From contig NKIB01012722.1 of assembly GCA_002256025.1 (NCBI GenBank), positions 1 through 64,000 of the forward strand: a stretch of 64,000 nt of DNA, read 5' to 3'. Under the pieces are notes generated by a model that was not told the DNA's origin, ran no database searches, and saw nothing but the letters and a program-made list of their open reading frames with translations. The first letter of the stretch is position 1. Each line of letters begins with the position of its first letter. The DNA comes from Asterionella formosa (taxonomy: Eukaryota). The position numbers were made by a program, and so were the translations under genes. Shown here one piece after another: positions 34,899 through 47,430 of this stretch.

Positions 34899-35923
34899 TT
34901 AGAGGTAGTCCCTCAACAACGAGAAACTACCCTGAGAAGGTGACAACTGGGTGGGGGCTTTCTTCGTAGGTGCGGGCTTGACTAATACTGCTGAATTCAA
35001 CGTCTCGACAGGAGTGCTTGGGTTGCTGCTGCCACCCAACAAGGATGAAAACGCGGAGTATGCGATGACCAACGCTAGTCCTGCGCCAATAATCTTCATG
35101 GAGTTCTCACCAAGCTCGAATTCAGATTCCGATGCAGCTGAATTTGGAGGAGTCAAAAAACGTTACTAGGCTCGCCGCGGACGTGAATGAACAGTCCTCC
35201 ATCCCTTCATCCATTGCAAGATGTGTCACAGTCCCAGCTTCTGCGATTAGGGCAAATCTGTTTGATCTGACTCCCACTCCAAAGCCCATGTCCTCAGCCA
35301 ATCCCAAGGATTTCACAAAATCACCGTCACCGTCAGAAATCAAAGTCACGGCATGGTCCAATTCCTCACCTCCTTCGGGATCGTTGCGAATCAACCCCAC
35401 TTTCCTGGCCCATTCTTCATTGACGAACTTGTCATTTGTTGTGATCACTGCAATTTTTTCGACCCCCAGATCACGGAGTTTCGGAGCGGCAACGATGTAG
35501 CCCGGGAGGTGATCAGATGTGCAAGTAGGAGTAAATGCACCTTGTGTGTTTCAATGAAGTGAGAGCTTCTCATGCTAGGACAAGTGGTGATAAACGAGAT
35601 CGAGCCACATCGAAACACTTACCTGGCATACCAATGAGAATAGAAGTTCCGTTTCCCAATACTTCGGATATGGTTGTTGGAACCGTCAGAACTTTCCCTT
35701 CGTTGTTACTAATCAGCACCTCAACGTCGCCATCGGGAATCTTGGATCCCACTGTGATCCGAGTCGGAATCTCGACAGCCTTTTTCTTTCGGAAACGGCC
35801 TATAAAAGGGATTCCAAACAGAGGCGTCACTCTCTGGATAGAGGCCCATTTAGTGGTGGAAAAACCAGCAGAATGCTCCAAAAGCAGCAAAGATAGAAAT
35901 ATTTTCAACATTGTCTTGGCCAT
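34899..35923 (-). CDS. Type II (Prx5/redoxin) peroxiredoxin with a targeting peptide and a probable C-terminal TM segment; intron at 35541-35622, apparent frameshift near 35155
   Basis: The spliced motif reads GMPGAFTPTCTSDHLPGY; also NDKFV, SDGDGDF and RSNRFAL. The hydrophobic tail IIGAGLALVIAYSAF is in a shifted frame. Confidence 0.85.
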
Positions 35924-36154
35924 GATCAACTGCAAGATCTTTGTTTGGGTAAATAGAAACTCTGCTGTAGTCGTGCATACAGGAGCGAAGGGAAGGGCAC
36001 CCGGTAATCTATCACGGGTAGAATCAAGTACCACTTACCACTATTGGTACGGTACAAGGTAGTCTACCCATTACCAGGAACCGGTAGAGTGATATGCCAA
36101 CATGTACCGGTACACGGGTAGAGCGGTTTTCGGTGCTGGTAACACTATCACATT

Positions 36155-36560
36155 TGTTGAAATGGTCCGTACTCCTTCCCGCGGGCTGGGTCTCTCTTCA
36201 CGTAGACTCTTACGTGATCGTAGTACTACTGAGTACCACTTACTTTATCTCTTGTCTCTGCTTCTAGCCTTTCTGCTAGATAGACTAATTGACCTTGCTG
36301 TCAATTAACACACTGTTTCCTCGGTTGATAATCTAAAACTCAAATTAAATTATAAGCTTAACTAAATGTTTCCTTTCCATGCATCTTTGCTTCCTGCAAA
36401 GTCGTTCTAAGACTCTCTTCGAGTTTCCACTTAACCTTTCCATAGAAATGTTCAATCTTTGATCTCGTTAGACAGCTGATTGACGTGGCAATGGATTATT
36501 CGACTTGTTCGATTACAATCGAGTCCACAATCCTTGTGACTTGGGCTAATATTCTTGACT
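36155..36560 (-). mobile_element. Solo Copia LTR with target-site duplication
   Basis: Reverse complement of 31568-31968, flanked by CACATT on both sides (36149-36154 and 36561-36566). Confidence 0.88.
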
Positions 36561-36599
36561 CACATTACCGGTAGCAAGGTGTGATATTCCAACCTTCTC

Positions 36600-37370
36600 T
36601 TCTTCAAACAAAACCCGACTCAATTAGAATTTAATTTTTATTTATCTGTCAGTCAACCCAAATATATTTTCACTTTCGATATGCATTGCAATTACTTGTC
36701 TTTGCTATGACTTGAGATTTATCCAACAACTCAATACTTGCTATCTTGGTCCTCGTTTTAAAAAGTGGACGAAGATCAAATCATATTAAGTTTTTCGAGT
36801 TGAAGTGGCTGTTAGTGGACCCAATCTGAATTTCGTTTTTAATTTATAAATTAATACACTTTGTCATGATAGTGGAATTATCCAACAAATCAAAACAGCA
36901 TACAGTGTTTTATGAATTATTTGATGTAAATTGAATTGTTTCTTTGAGTTGAACTCTCAGCAGACCCAAACCAAGTCTCGCTTTCAATTTGAATCATTAG
37001 CCTTCATCATGCATATGGCTGATCTTTGATTGTCCAACACACCAAAGCAGTTTTCAACCTAGTCAAGAATGCAAATCTAATTATTTTATATGGTTCAACT
37101 CTCAGCAGACCCAAATCAAATTTTCTTTCCATATGAATCACAAATCTTCATTGTATAAAAACTAACAGTATGTATGCACTTTTCAAACTAGTTGACACAA
37201 ACCTGACCAAATTGTTTGTTCTCGATTGAATGCTCAGTGGATCCAAATCAAGTTTCTCTTTCCAGGTGAATTCTTCTTCTTAGTCATGACGATACTTGCT
37301 TTGTCAAACAAAACTCAACACATCTAGAATTGATTTTTACATAATCTGTCAGCAAATCCCAAATCAATCA
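36600..37370. repeat. Degenerate tandem array with units of about 135-150 bp
   Basis: A core resembling TT(G/C)AA...T(C/T)AG(C/T)(A/G)GA(C/T)CCAA recurs at about 36800, 36948, 37093 and 37227. CAAACAAAAC...TAGAATT.ATTTTTA...ATCTGTCAG occurs at about 36605 and 37305. Confidence 0.6.
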
Positions 37371-37940
37371 TCGCTAACTCAAAATTCTATTCACATGGTG
37401 CATTGAGTGTACTATGCATAATGGGTGAACCATACGCACAAATCCATGCACAATTTCATACATACATGTTTGTATATTTATAATGTGTTGCCCCATTTCG
37501 ACATCAAGCAAGTATGGCAGATTCTGGATTCCGTCCTGTGGTACACTCGTGTGTGGATTTCATTGTATGTAACTTGTTCATATCTTACCGACGTAAATAT
37601 CAATTTGTCCTGTAAGAAAACTGAAATGCAGCTCATCATGACGACCATATCCATGATGGTTGACAGTTGGTGACAGTGTTGGTGATGTATCATGCATGCA
37701 TGATTGAACGCACTGATCTGATGGGAAATGAAGATTTTATGGTGATGTGTACTTGCAATCGAGAAACAAAAGGACGTGGTAGCTGGCGTTTTTCTGGCAC
37801 AATATTATTCATATTCAAATTCATTGATTCGTTGTGAAGCCTATTGCTGGAGTTGATTTGTATGATTATTCCAATCCGGACAGACTTCTTATTTCGTGGT
37901 TAACAAGACCTTTGTTGGAAGAATCACATTTACCATTCAT

Positions 37941-40739
37941 ATGAGGTCAAGCTATGGCGCAACAGACGAGGAGCTCGGATTGGTCTCCAACTCTTTCCTC
38001 CGCGACGGCAAGCCTCCAACCGACACTTCTCCAATGACCAAGAAATCAGATCTGCTCAATGGACGAGATCATTTGGAAACGATCGCAACAGCTCCGTCGA
38101 GCAACGAGATTGCCCCCCGTTTCAAGTCCAAGGGCGGGTTTGTTTCATACCTGATATATGCCGCTGTAAACTCTATCATGTGCATTCCCTGCCTGTATGG
38201 ATACACTGCAGTGATCTTTAATAACCAAGCATTTGGACCTCATATTAATGCTCTGTCTAAGCTCGTTCTCTGGTCGTCGACGATCCACCAATTCTCGTTC
38301 ACTATTTTCTCATCGTTACCATTTGCGATCGGGCAAGTCCAAGATGCGGGTCTCATCTTTCTATCGGCAATGAGCAATATTATCGCTAATAACATTCTGC
38401 AAAATGGAGGAACCACGGAAGAGGTTGTTTCGACTACGTTGGTAATTCTGAGTTTATCCACAGCTGCATTGGGAGCGCTGTTGGTGCTTATGGGACGCTT
38501 CAAGTTAGCGGATGTCGTCTCCTACTTGCCCTTTTCGGTGGTTGGCGGCTACCTCGCTTTCATAGGATATTTTTGCCTTGAAGCGGGTGTAGCACTTTGT
38601 ATCTCGAAATCTATGATGGGAATCGCCGGATGGGCTCAGCTTTGGGACCAACAGGCGCTTATCCTGGCCGCTCCAGGAGTGGCTTGTGGTCTTGCTCTCA
38701 CTTTGGTATCTCGCAATACCGAGAATGATGTTGCGCTCCCTCTTGCCATGGTTGTTATACCCTGTGCGTTCTATCTCATTTTGTGGTTTCTTGACATTGA
38801 GCTAGCAGACGCTCGTGAGCATGGCTGGGTTGGAGAAGTAACCCCACCGGTGCCAGTCACTGACTTGTTCAACTTGGTTGACCTCAGCAAGGTGCACTGG
38901 AACTTGGTTGCTCCGTGCTTCTCGACTTGGATCGGCATGGTATTCGTGGTTTCATTTAGCTCGTGCCTCGATGTTGCAGCAATTAGTATGGATTTAGGCG
39001 AAGCGCTCGATGTCAACAAAGAACTAACAACGGTCGGAATTTCAAATTGTAAGTAATTTCATCATACCATGCTCTGATGAGAGAATAGCACTCTTACGGT
39101 TCTCGTCGTATCTACAGTTGCTTCTGGCATGACTTTAGGATTTACCGGGAGCTACATTTTCTCTCAAACTATTTTCACTTGTCGTACTGGCACAAATTCA
39201 AGGTGGGTGGGATTGCTTGTCGCCTTTTCCTTCATTGGCATCATTCTGTCCACAGTAAACATTATGGAAGTTACACCACTCTTCTTCCTTGGATCCACTC
39301 TTATCTTCATTGGTGTGGATCTAATGTACGAATGGCTTATCGAAATCAGGCACAAGCTGCTGCTCACAGAATATTGTGTGCTACTGGTCACTTTTGTTTC
39401 TATTCAAGTAATTGGTATTGATGCTGGTATCATCCTTGGGATCTGTATCTCCATAGTGGATTACGTGTTTACCACTGCGAGAGTTTCTTCGATGACACGA
39501 GTTGTCAAGCAATCTCGAGCTGTTTGGAGACATGAACAACGGCAGCTTCTAAACAAGCATGGCTATCACATCCAGCACCCAAAGATTGTGACACTCGAGA
39601 TCAAGGGCACGGTCTTCTTTGGTTCAGGCTTACAGCTTCTAAGCCAAATCACAGATGAAATTTCAATTAATGTTTCACAGGAGGATATAGATGAGATTTG
39701 TTTAAACAGTCCGAGACACATTCGCTCAAACTCAACACCAAGCCCCCTTGGAAACCTAAGAAAGTTGAAAGAGGAGCGTATGGTGTCAAATTCTCAACGC
39801 CCATACTTCAAATCTCCCCCAAAGAAGACCAGACCTCGTTTCGTAATCTTAGATTTGGCTCAAGTTCCAAACATGGACTCAGCTGCAGCTCGTGGTTGCT
39901 TTTTGCAACTTGCGCGAATGTGCTCTCGCCATCGCGTGGTTGTATGTGCCTCCGGAGCGACACCTCGAGTCGATTGGATTCTCAGGGCTCACTCATGCGC
40001 ATACGCAGCAGACGAGGAAGAAGTAGCCAAAAAGAAGTTGGAGCATCAACTTGCTAACTCAATTGATGATGGCCCTAACAAGATATTTCTTTTTGAGACA
40101 CTTTATGAAGCCCTGGAGTATTGTGAATCCAAGTTGATTTTAGAGTTGCAGCCATCCACTTTGAACTCTGGTAGCATATCTCCTGGTCGGCTCTTTGCGC
40201 CTCTTGCGATCCGTCAAGAAACAATTTCACTATCTACTGCCTTTGTAAATCTTCTTGGTCTGAATCGTGATGACACAACAATGCTGGAAGCCTTTGAAAG
40301 GAAGGAAGCACCCTTCCATGACGAGACTGAATACCATTCTGGGGAAGCCATTTTTCAGCAGGGCTCAGCATCTGATGCATTTTTTGTCGTCTTATCTGGA
40401 TCTGTTGCTGTTTTTCGAGGCGAACGAATCAGTACTGTTACTAACATCATGTCTGGGGCCGGCAATGTTCAATCTACGAGAGCTCGAAAGGAGGGCTCCG
40501 ACCTTGGCGAAGTCAATGCTTTTCTTCCTCCAGGGAGTGTATTTGGCTTTGTTGATTTCATTCTTGATCGTCAATGGGGTTTTAGTGCTGTTGCAGCAAA
40601 AGACAACACGTTGGTGGCTAGACTTCATCGAAGTGGATTAGAACGGCTCCAAGCAGAAACGCCAGAACTGAAGAATATTGTGGACACATTCTTGCTACAA
40701 GCCTCCATCTTGGAATTGTCCAATGTACACCAGCCATAA
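37941..40739 (+). CDS. SulP/SLC26 family transporter with STAS and cyclic-nucleotide-binding-like domains, paralog A; intron at 39049-39117
   Basis: Many TM segments. Motifs AIGQVQD, LPFSVVGGYLAFIG, DVNKEL and GFTGSYIFSQT. STAS region GTVFFGS...ILDLAQVPNMDSAA. cNMP region GEAIFQQGSASDAFFVVLSG...PGSVFG. Confidence 0.9.
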
Positions 40740-43700
40740 TTTTACAGGCAATTAGCTGCTATAGACATTTGATACAATAATACAAATCTTAAACTTAATA
40801 CGCAATTTTTAGGCTTACAAGACACTCTCCTTGGTCCCTATTGGGGACAATACTATCAGCTAAGCAATATATTCACTTGATTTTCTATCCTGACACAACT
40901 CACTTCTTTGACTCGTTTTACAATACACTTCCATCCGCACTCAATTCTACAACGAAGTACCAGTTTTCATTTCAAATTATTACCATAAGCAATGGACATG
41001 ATGCAGGTCTCCAAGAAACCCAAGTCGATGCTGAATTTTGGCACACCTGCAAATCCAAAAAGTTTGGGCCTTACTAGCAATCACCACAACTCCTCTTAAG
41101 TATTTTGAAAGGGAACATCGACGATTTGGTAGCGATCTCTACAGTGACGGTGAACAAGCGAAGGACATCCTAGGTAAACACAGCCTCATTGGAGATTGTT
41201 TTGATGTATTTCAGGACCATATGCTTATGTTTAATCGATGTTATCATGTCAATTCAGCACCCAGCTTCCCAGAACACACTGCAGAAGCTCCACAAAAATA
41301 CACCGTGACTGGAATCCAGACAACATTGGATGGCGTCAACAAATTAACCAGACAATACCATTGCTGGTTAGAGCTTCAACATCTGTATCCAGAGCATTAC
41401 ATAATTTTTACTGGATATTGCATGTATTACTTCAAGGCAAAGGGACTGGCACTAATGCTCATTTCCTACAAGAAGGACTCTTGCATTACCTATTCCGAAA
41501 ATAAATGACCTCCGATTAGACTCTGAACATCTTCCAGCTACAGAAATTGGATTGAAAAAAAAGTGAAGGTACATGAAACAAAGTCAAGTCCCTTCTTCAA
41601 TATTTCCCTAGCCCCAGGCAACTCATCGTTCACTCAGAGAAAAAAGTCATCTGGAACACGACAATGCCGCCATTGATTCCAATCATCGGCAACATCTCAT
41701 TCATGCATCCATGATATCTGCCATCAAGCATACTTGGGTTCAAAAACCACACAATATCTGTGGTTTCTCATGGTGCAGCATTTAATGTAATCCATTATGT
41801 TGTATTGGATTTGGGAGTAATCATAAGATAAATGACTGTTGGCATTTGAATGAATTTCTGATAACAAGAAGAAATTATCTGCTTCCTAAGCAAAATCTGC
41901 TCAATCAGCAATTCTCCCTACTGTTTTTTTCCTTCAGCATGCCCACTTTGATCTCTGCTCGTAGTCCTAAATAACCTCCTCCTGCCATACTTTCATAATG
42001 CCCACTTCGTTTCTGCGTATCAACATGCAATTTTCAGAGCCTTATCACGTTCAATCTTTTCTTGAAGAAGTACATTTATGATCAGGTGCTGACAACCAAT
42101 ATGACATTGAACCAATGCCTCACAATTTCAGCATCGACCATTAAAGCTCATCTGATTGGTGAAGAAATCACTTTTTTCCATGCCAACATTATCAAAGATT
42201 TTTGATCGATTGAACATCTGATATGCATATGTACATTGGCAAACTACCTGGAGTACTTTAGTTGAATGCTTTCAACAACCAAGTTGAATTGCCCTGTCTG
42301 GAATTACGGCCTGTTCATTGAAACTTGGAATGTGTCATTTTAAGCCTAGAGACAAGCTCTAGGAAATACTAGTTACCTCTCAAAAATTCAGGACACAACC
42401 TCTACTCCAATCTATCAATTGGACACACAGCTGCTGATGTTCTTAACAAGTACAACTTCCTTCAATGAATCACTTCCTCCTATGCAAGCTAAAAATTGGA
42501 ACATTTTCTGCCGAAGACAGCTTCGAAATTTCAGTGTACTATTGAAACCATGACTTATTTCGAACGAAAATACTAAAAAAATCAACTCAAAAGAGTTTTC
42601 TGTGCACAGACACTTTCTCCCTAAAGTTGGACATGCACAGCATCAATCCTTTTTATTGTTGAAGAAATTTATACTGCAGAGTAATTACTATGCCTTCGCT
42701 TACTAATTACACAGGGGATGATACCAAATGGGGCTAAACCCTCAGGGATCAATTCAGAAACTCTACCTTTCGATAGTCTCGCATATGCTGACACCCGAAA
42801 AGGCAACCAGTTCAAAACCATCATCCAACGATAAAACTCACTGCTTCTTGCTTGGCTCATGGACAATGGTTTTGAATGTATCCCATTTACATGGCAGTGC
42901 ATCCTAACACTTATCCCATGCAATCCAAGTACCTTGTCATTGGATTCTGAAACATGGGGAGCGGCAAGTGAAGGTCCAACTCGCATTTATTTTTGAGGCA
43001 AGCCACAAGGTCCCCCAGGATGTGTGGATATATTTACTCATAACTCTTGAGAACATGATGTGCACCAATTGCTAGTAGGTGGACTACAAAATCTTTATTC
43101 AAAGCCTGCGAAGTCCTAAAGGAATCTTGTATCTAGAGATCAATTCGAAAACCAACAAAAGAAAACAAACTGGCAGGCTCTGTGAGTACGGTCACCTATT
43201 GCCGCCACCCCCCGACATGTTCTAAATGACAATTTTTTTCCGCTTCGAACTAGTTCTGTACTCAGCACATCATAGCTTCAGATTCGCACCGCATGCGGAG
43301 GAACTTCGGGTAAAAGTGGGATTGTAATATTACCTGATTGTCCCAACAAATTATGAACAAAGCAGAGCTATACTGCTATGAAATATTCTATGTAGGTGTC
43401 TCAATTAAAGGAGCTGTCTTACAGTCATGAATACACATACCAAAGTATTGTTCACAGAATAATAGCAATACATTTGTTCACATTGCCGATACTATACCCC
43501 TATTTAGTATAGTAATTACATTATTATACTTTTTTGTGATGCATCATTACAAAAATTTGTCAATGACATTATCAAGTTGGTATTAATCAATTGCGACTTG
43601 CGTGCTCCAGTAGAGTACAGAATCTTGTGTATACCAAGCTATACTTCATTCATATTCTATTGGTGCAAAAGAGTGGCTGCTATACCTTGTTCTCACAGAA

Positions 43701-44360
43701 TCAGACTTAGTATGATGATTGTAATATATAGTCTAGTTGCATTGATCTTTCAGGGAAACTGACAAATATCCAAATGAATAAAGGTAGTTTCTAGAAAAAT
43801 GATAAGACAATAATCAGTGAGTGGATTTTTATAGCTTTAATTATATGATTTTTAAATATATTCTAGTAGATTCTAATGGACAGACTAGCCATTCAAAACA
43901 TTCTTGCCAATAAGAAATACCAAAATGAGAAGACCTAGAGCATAACAGATATACACCACAACACACAATGTTTGCTCAATAACATTCGCAAAGTAATTGC
44001 CGTATCATTGACATCACATGAGAGCCAAAAATATTCTACACCCACTGGCCCAACAACCAAATGTAGGCTCGGAAGCAAGTTTCAAATCAAATCCAAATGT
44101 AAAATAGAACCCGGAGCACCCGTCACATACATACTGCATATACCGGTACCCGGTACCTGGTACCCTGGTACCTATAATTATTACGGATCATTTATGTGTC
44201 TGATGTGTCCGGTCGTAATACATAACCAAAATGAGTCACATACTGCATGAAAGATTTTATTCGTATACCAGTATTCTCACAATCTTGGCCGGGCAGAAGT
44301 ATATTCTGTATGGACCTGGCACTTTGTTACTCGAGTTAGCATTCGCTATATTCGAAGCAA

Positions 44361-47162
44361 ATGAAGTCAAGCTATGGCGCAACAGACGAGGAGCTCGGAT
44401 TGGTCTCCAACTCTTTCCTCCGCGACGGAAAGTCTCCAACCGACACCTCTCCAATGACCAAGAAATTAGATCTGCTTAATGGACGAGATCATTTGGAAAC
44501 GATCGCAACAGCTCCGTCGAGCAACGAGATTGCCCCCCGTTTCAAGTCTGAGGGCGGGTTTGTTTCATACCTGATATATGCCGCTGTGAACTCTATCATG
44601 TGCGTTCCAGGTCTGTATGGATACACTGCAGTGATCTTTAATAACCAAGCATTTGGACCTCATATTAATGCTCTGTCTAAGCTCGTTCTCTGGTCGTCGA
44701 CGATCCACCAATTCTCGTTCACTATTTTCTCATCGTTACCATTTGCGATCGGGCAAGTCCAAGATGCGGGTCTCATCTTTCTATCGGCAATGAGCAATAT
44801 TATCGCTAATAACATTCTGCAAAATGGAGGAACCACGGAAGAGGTTGTTTCGACTACGTTGGTAATTCTGAGTTTATCCACAGCTGCATTGGGAGCGCTG
44901 TTGGTGCTTATGGGACGCTTCAAGTTAGCGGATGTCGTCTCCTACTTGCCCTTTTCGGTGGTTGGCGGCTACCTCGCTTTCATAGGATATTTTTGCCTTG
45001 AAGCGGGTGTAGCACTTTGTATCTCGAAATCTATGATGGGAATCGCCGGATGGGCTCAGCTTTGGGACCAACAGGCGCTTATCCTGGCCGCTCCAGGAGT
45101 GGCTTGTGGTCTTGCTCTCACTTTGGTATCTCGCAACATAGAAAATAATGTTGCGCTCCCACTTGCCATGGTTGTTGTACCTTGTGCCTTCTATTGTATT
45201 TTGTGGGTGCTTGGCCTTGAATTGGCGGACGCTCGCAAATACGGCTGGATCGGGGAAGTGACTGAACCGGTACCAGTCACTGACTTGTTCAACTTGGTTG
45301 ACCTCAGCAAGGTGCACTGGAACTTGGTTGCTCCATGCATCTCAACATGGGTCAGTATGGTGTTTGTCGTCTCATTCAGTTCGTGCCTCGACGTCGCTGC
45401 AATTAGTATGGATTTAGGCGAAGCGCTCGATGTCAACAAAGAACTAACAACGGTCGGAATTTCAAATTGTAAGTAATTTCATCATACCATGCTCTGATGA
45501 GAGAATAGCACTCTTACGGTTCTCGTCGTATCTACAGTTGCTTCTGGCATGACTTTAGGATTTACCGGGAGCTACATTTTCTCTCAAACTATTTTCACTT
45601 GTCGTACTGGCACAAATTCAAGGTGGGTGGGGATCCTTTGTGCCTTTTCCTTTATTGCAATCATTCTGTCAACAATAAATGTGTTGGAAGTAGCACCACT
45701 CTTCTTCCTAGGATCCACACTTATCTTTGTGGGCGCTGATCTAATGTACGAATGGCTTATCGAAATCAGACACAAGCTGCTACTCACGGAATATTGTGTC
45801 CTTCTAGCCACCTTCTTTACTATCCAAGTAGTTGGCATTGATGCTGGCATCATCCTTGGCGTATGTATCTCCATAGTGGACTATGTCTTCACGACGGCAC
45901 GCTTCTCTTCAGTCACACGAGTCATGAAGCGATCTCGAGCCGTTTGGGAACGAGACAAACGACAGCTTCTAAACAAGCATGGCTATCACATCCAGCACCC
46001 GAAAATCGTGACACTCGAGATCAAGGGCACAGTTTTCTTTGGATCAAGCCTTCAACTTCTGAGTCAAATCACAGAAGAAATTTCAATTAATGTTTCACAA
46101 GAGGATATAGACGAGATTAGCTTGAATAGCCCTTGGCACGCCCGCCCAAACCCGACCGCAAGCCCCTTTTCCAGCCTTAAAAACTTGAAAGAGGAACGTA
46201 TGTTCTCAAATTCGCAGCGGTCACTCTTCAAAATCCCCCCTACGAAGACAATACCCCGTTTTGTTGTTTTAGATTTGGCTCAAGTTCCAAACATGGACTC
46301 AGCTGCAGCTCGTGGTTGCTTTTTGCAACTTGCGCGAATGTGCTCTCGCCATCGCGTGGTTGTATGTGCCTCCGGAGCGACACCTCGAGTGGATTGGATT
46401 CTTCGGGCTCACTTATGCGCATTCGCAGCATACGAGGAAGAGGAAGCAAAACTGAAGTTGGAGCATCAACTTGCAGACTCTGCAAGTGGCAATGGACCCA
46501 ATAAGATATTCTTGTTCGAGACACTATACGAAGCTCTGGAGTATTGTGAATCCAAGCTGATTTTAGAATTGTTTCCATCCAGTCCTGATTCCCGCAGCAT
46601 ATCTCCCAGTCGACTTGTTGCTCCTCGTACGATCCGTCAGGAAACAATTTCCTTATCTACCGCCTTTGTGAATCTCCTCGGGCTCAACCAAGTCGACACA
46701 ACGATGCTAGAAGCCTTTGAAAGGAAGGAAGCACCCTTCCACGACGAGACTGAATATCACTCTGGAGAAGCCATTTTTCAGCAAGGCTCATTATCTGATG
46801 CATTTTTTGTTGTTTTATCTGGTTCCGTCGCTGTTTTTCGAGGCGAACGAATCAGTACTGTTACTAATATATTGTCTGGGGCTGGCAACGTGCAATCTGT
46901 GAGAGCGCGAAGGGAGGGATCTGAGCTTGGCGAAGTCAGTGCTTTTCTTCCTCCAGGGAGTGTCTTTGGCTTTGTTGATTTTATACTCATCCGTCAATGG
47001 GAGTTTAGTGCTGTTGCGGCAAAAGACAACACGTTGGTGGCTAGGCTTCATCGAGGAGGATTAGAACGGCTCCAAGCTGAATCACCGGAGCTGAATCATA
47101 TCATGGACAAAGTTTTGCTTCAAGCCGCCATCTTGGAGTTGGTCAACGTGGTTGAACCTTAG
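44361..47162 (+). CDS. SulP/SLC26-STAS-cNMP transporter, paralog B; intron at 45469-45537
   Basis: Collinear with paralog A at an offset of 6420, with the same motifs. Confidence 0.9.
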
Positions 47163-47430
47163 TTTCGTAGATTAACTAACTACACAAGGTGGAAAAAACG
47201 CGTTCAACCTTTCAAATCTTATGCTACCTAAACAGTGCTCTCAACCAATCAATGTTTTGCCATACTTCATTTATATGTTGGAGGTCTGCATTTCCATAGC
47301 GAAGGGACAATCATACTTACGCTTATTATTAGTTTCCTGTGCTTTATTTCAATCCAACGGCAGAATAAACGGAAACATTCTAGTTTTGACAAGGTTCAAA
47401 AGATCGCTGATCCTTGACGCTATAAATGCC

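Noticed and set aside
31568..36560. One intact LTR retrotransposon carrying host genes
   Set aside because: The LTRs are inverted, not direct. The second has its own TSD and the first has its pol remnant on the outside.
36600..37370. CRISPR-like array
   Set aside because: The repeats are degenerate, the spacers are related to one another, the context is eukaryotic and there are no cas genes.
39071..39110. Hammerhead ribozyme in the SLC26 intron (CTGATGAG followed by a small stem)
   Set aside because: There is no GAAA core after stem II and no supporting stems I and III.
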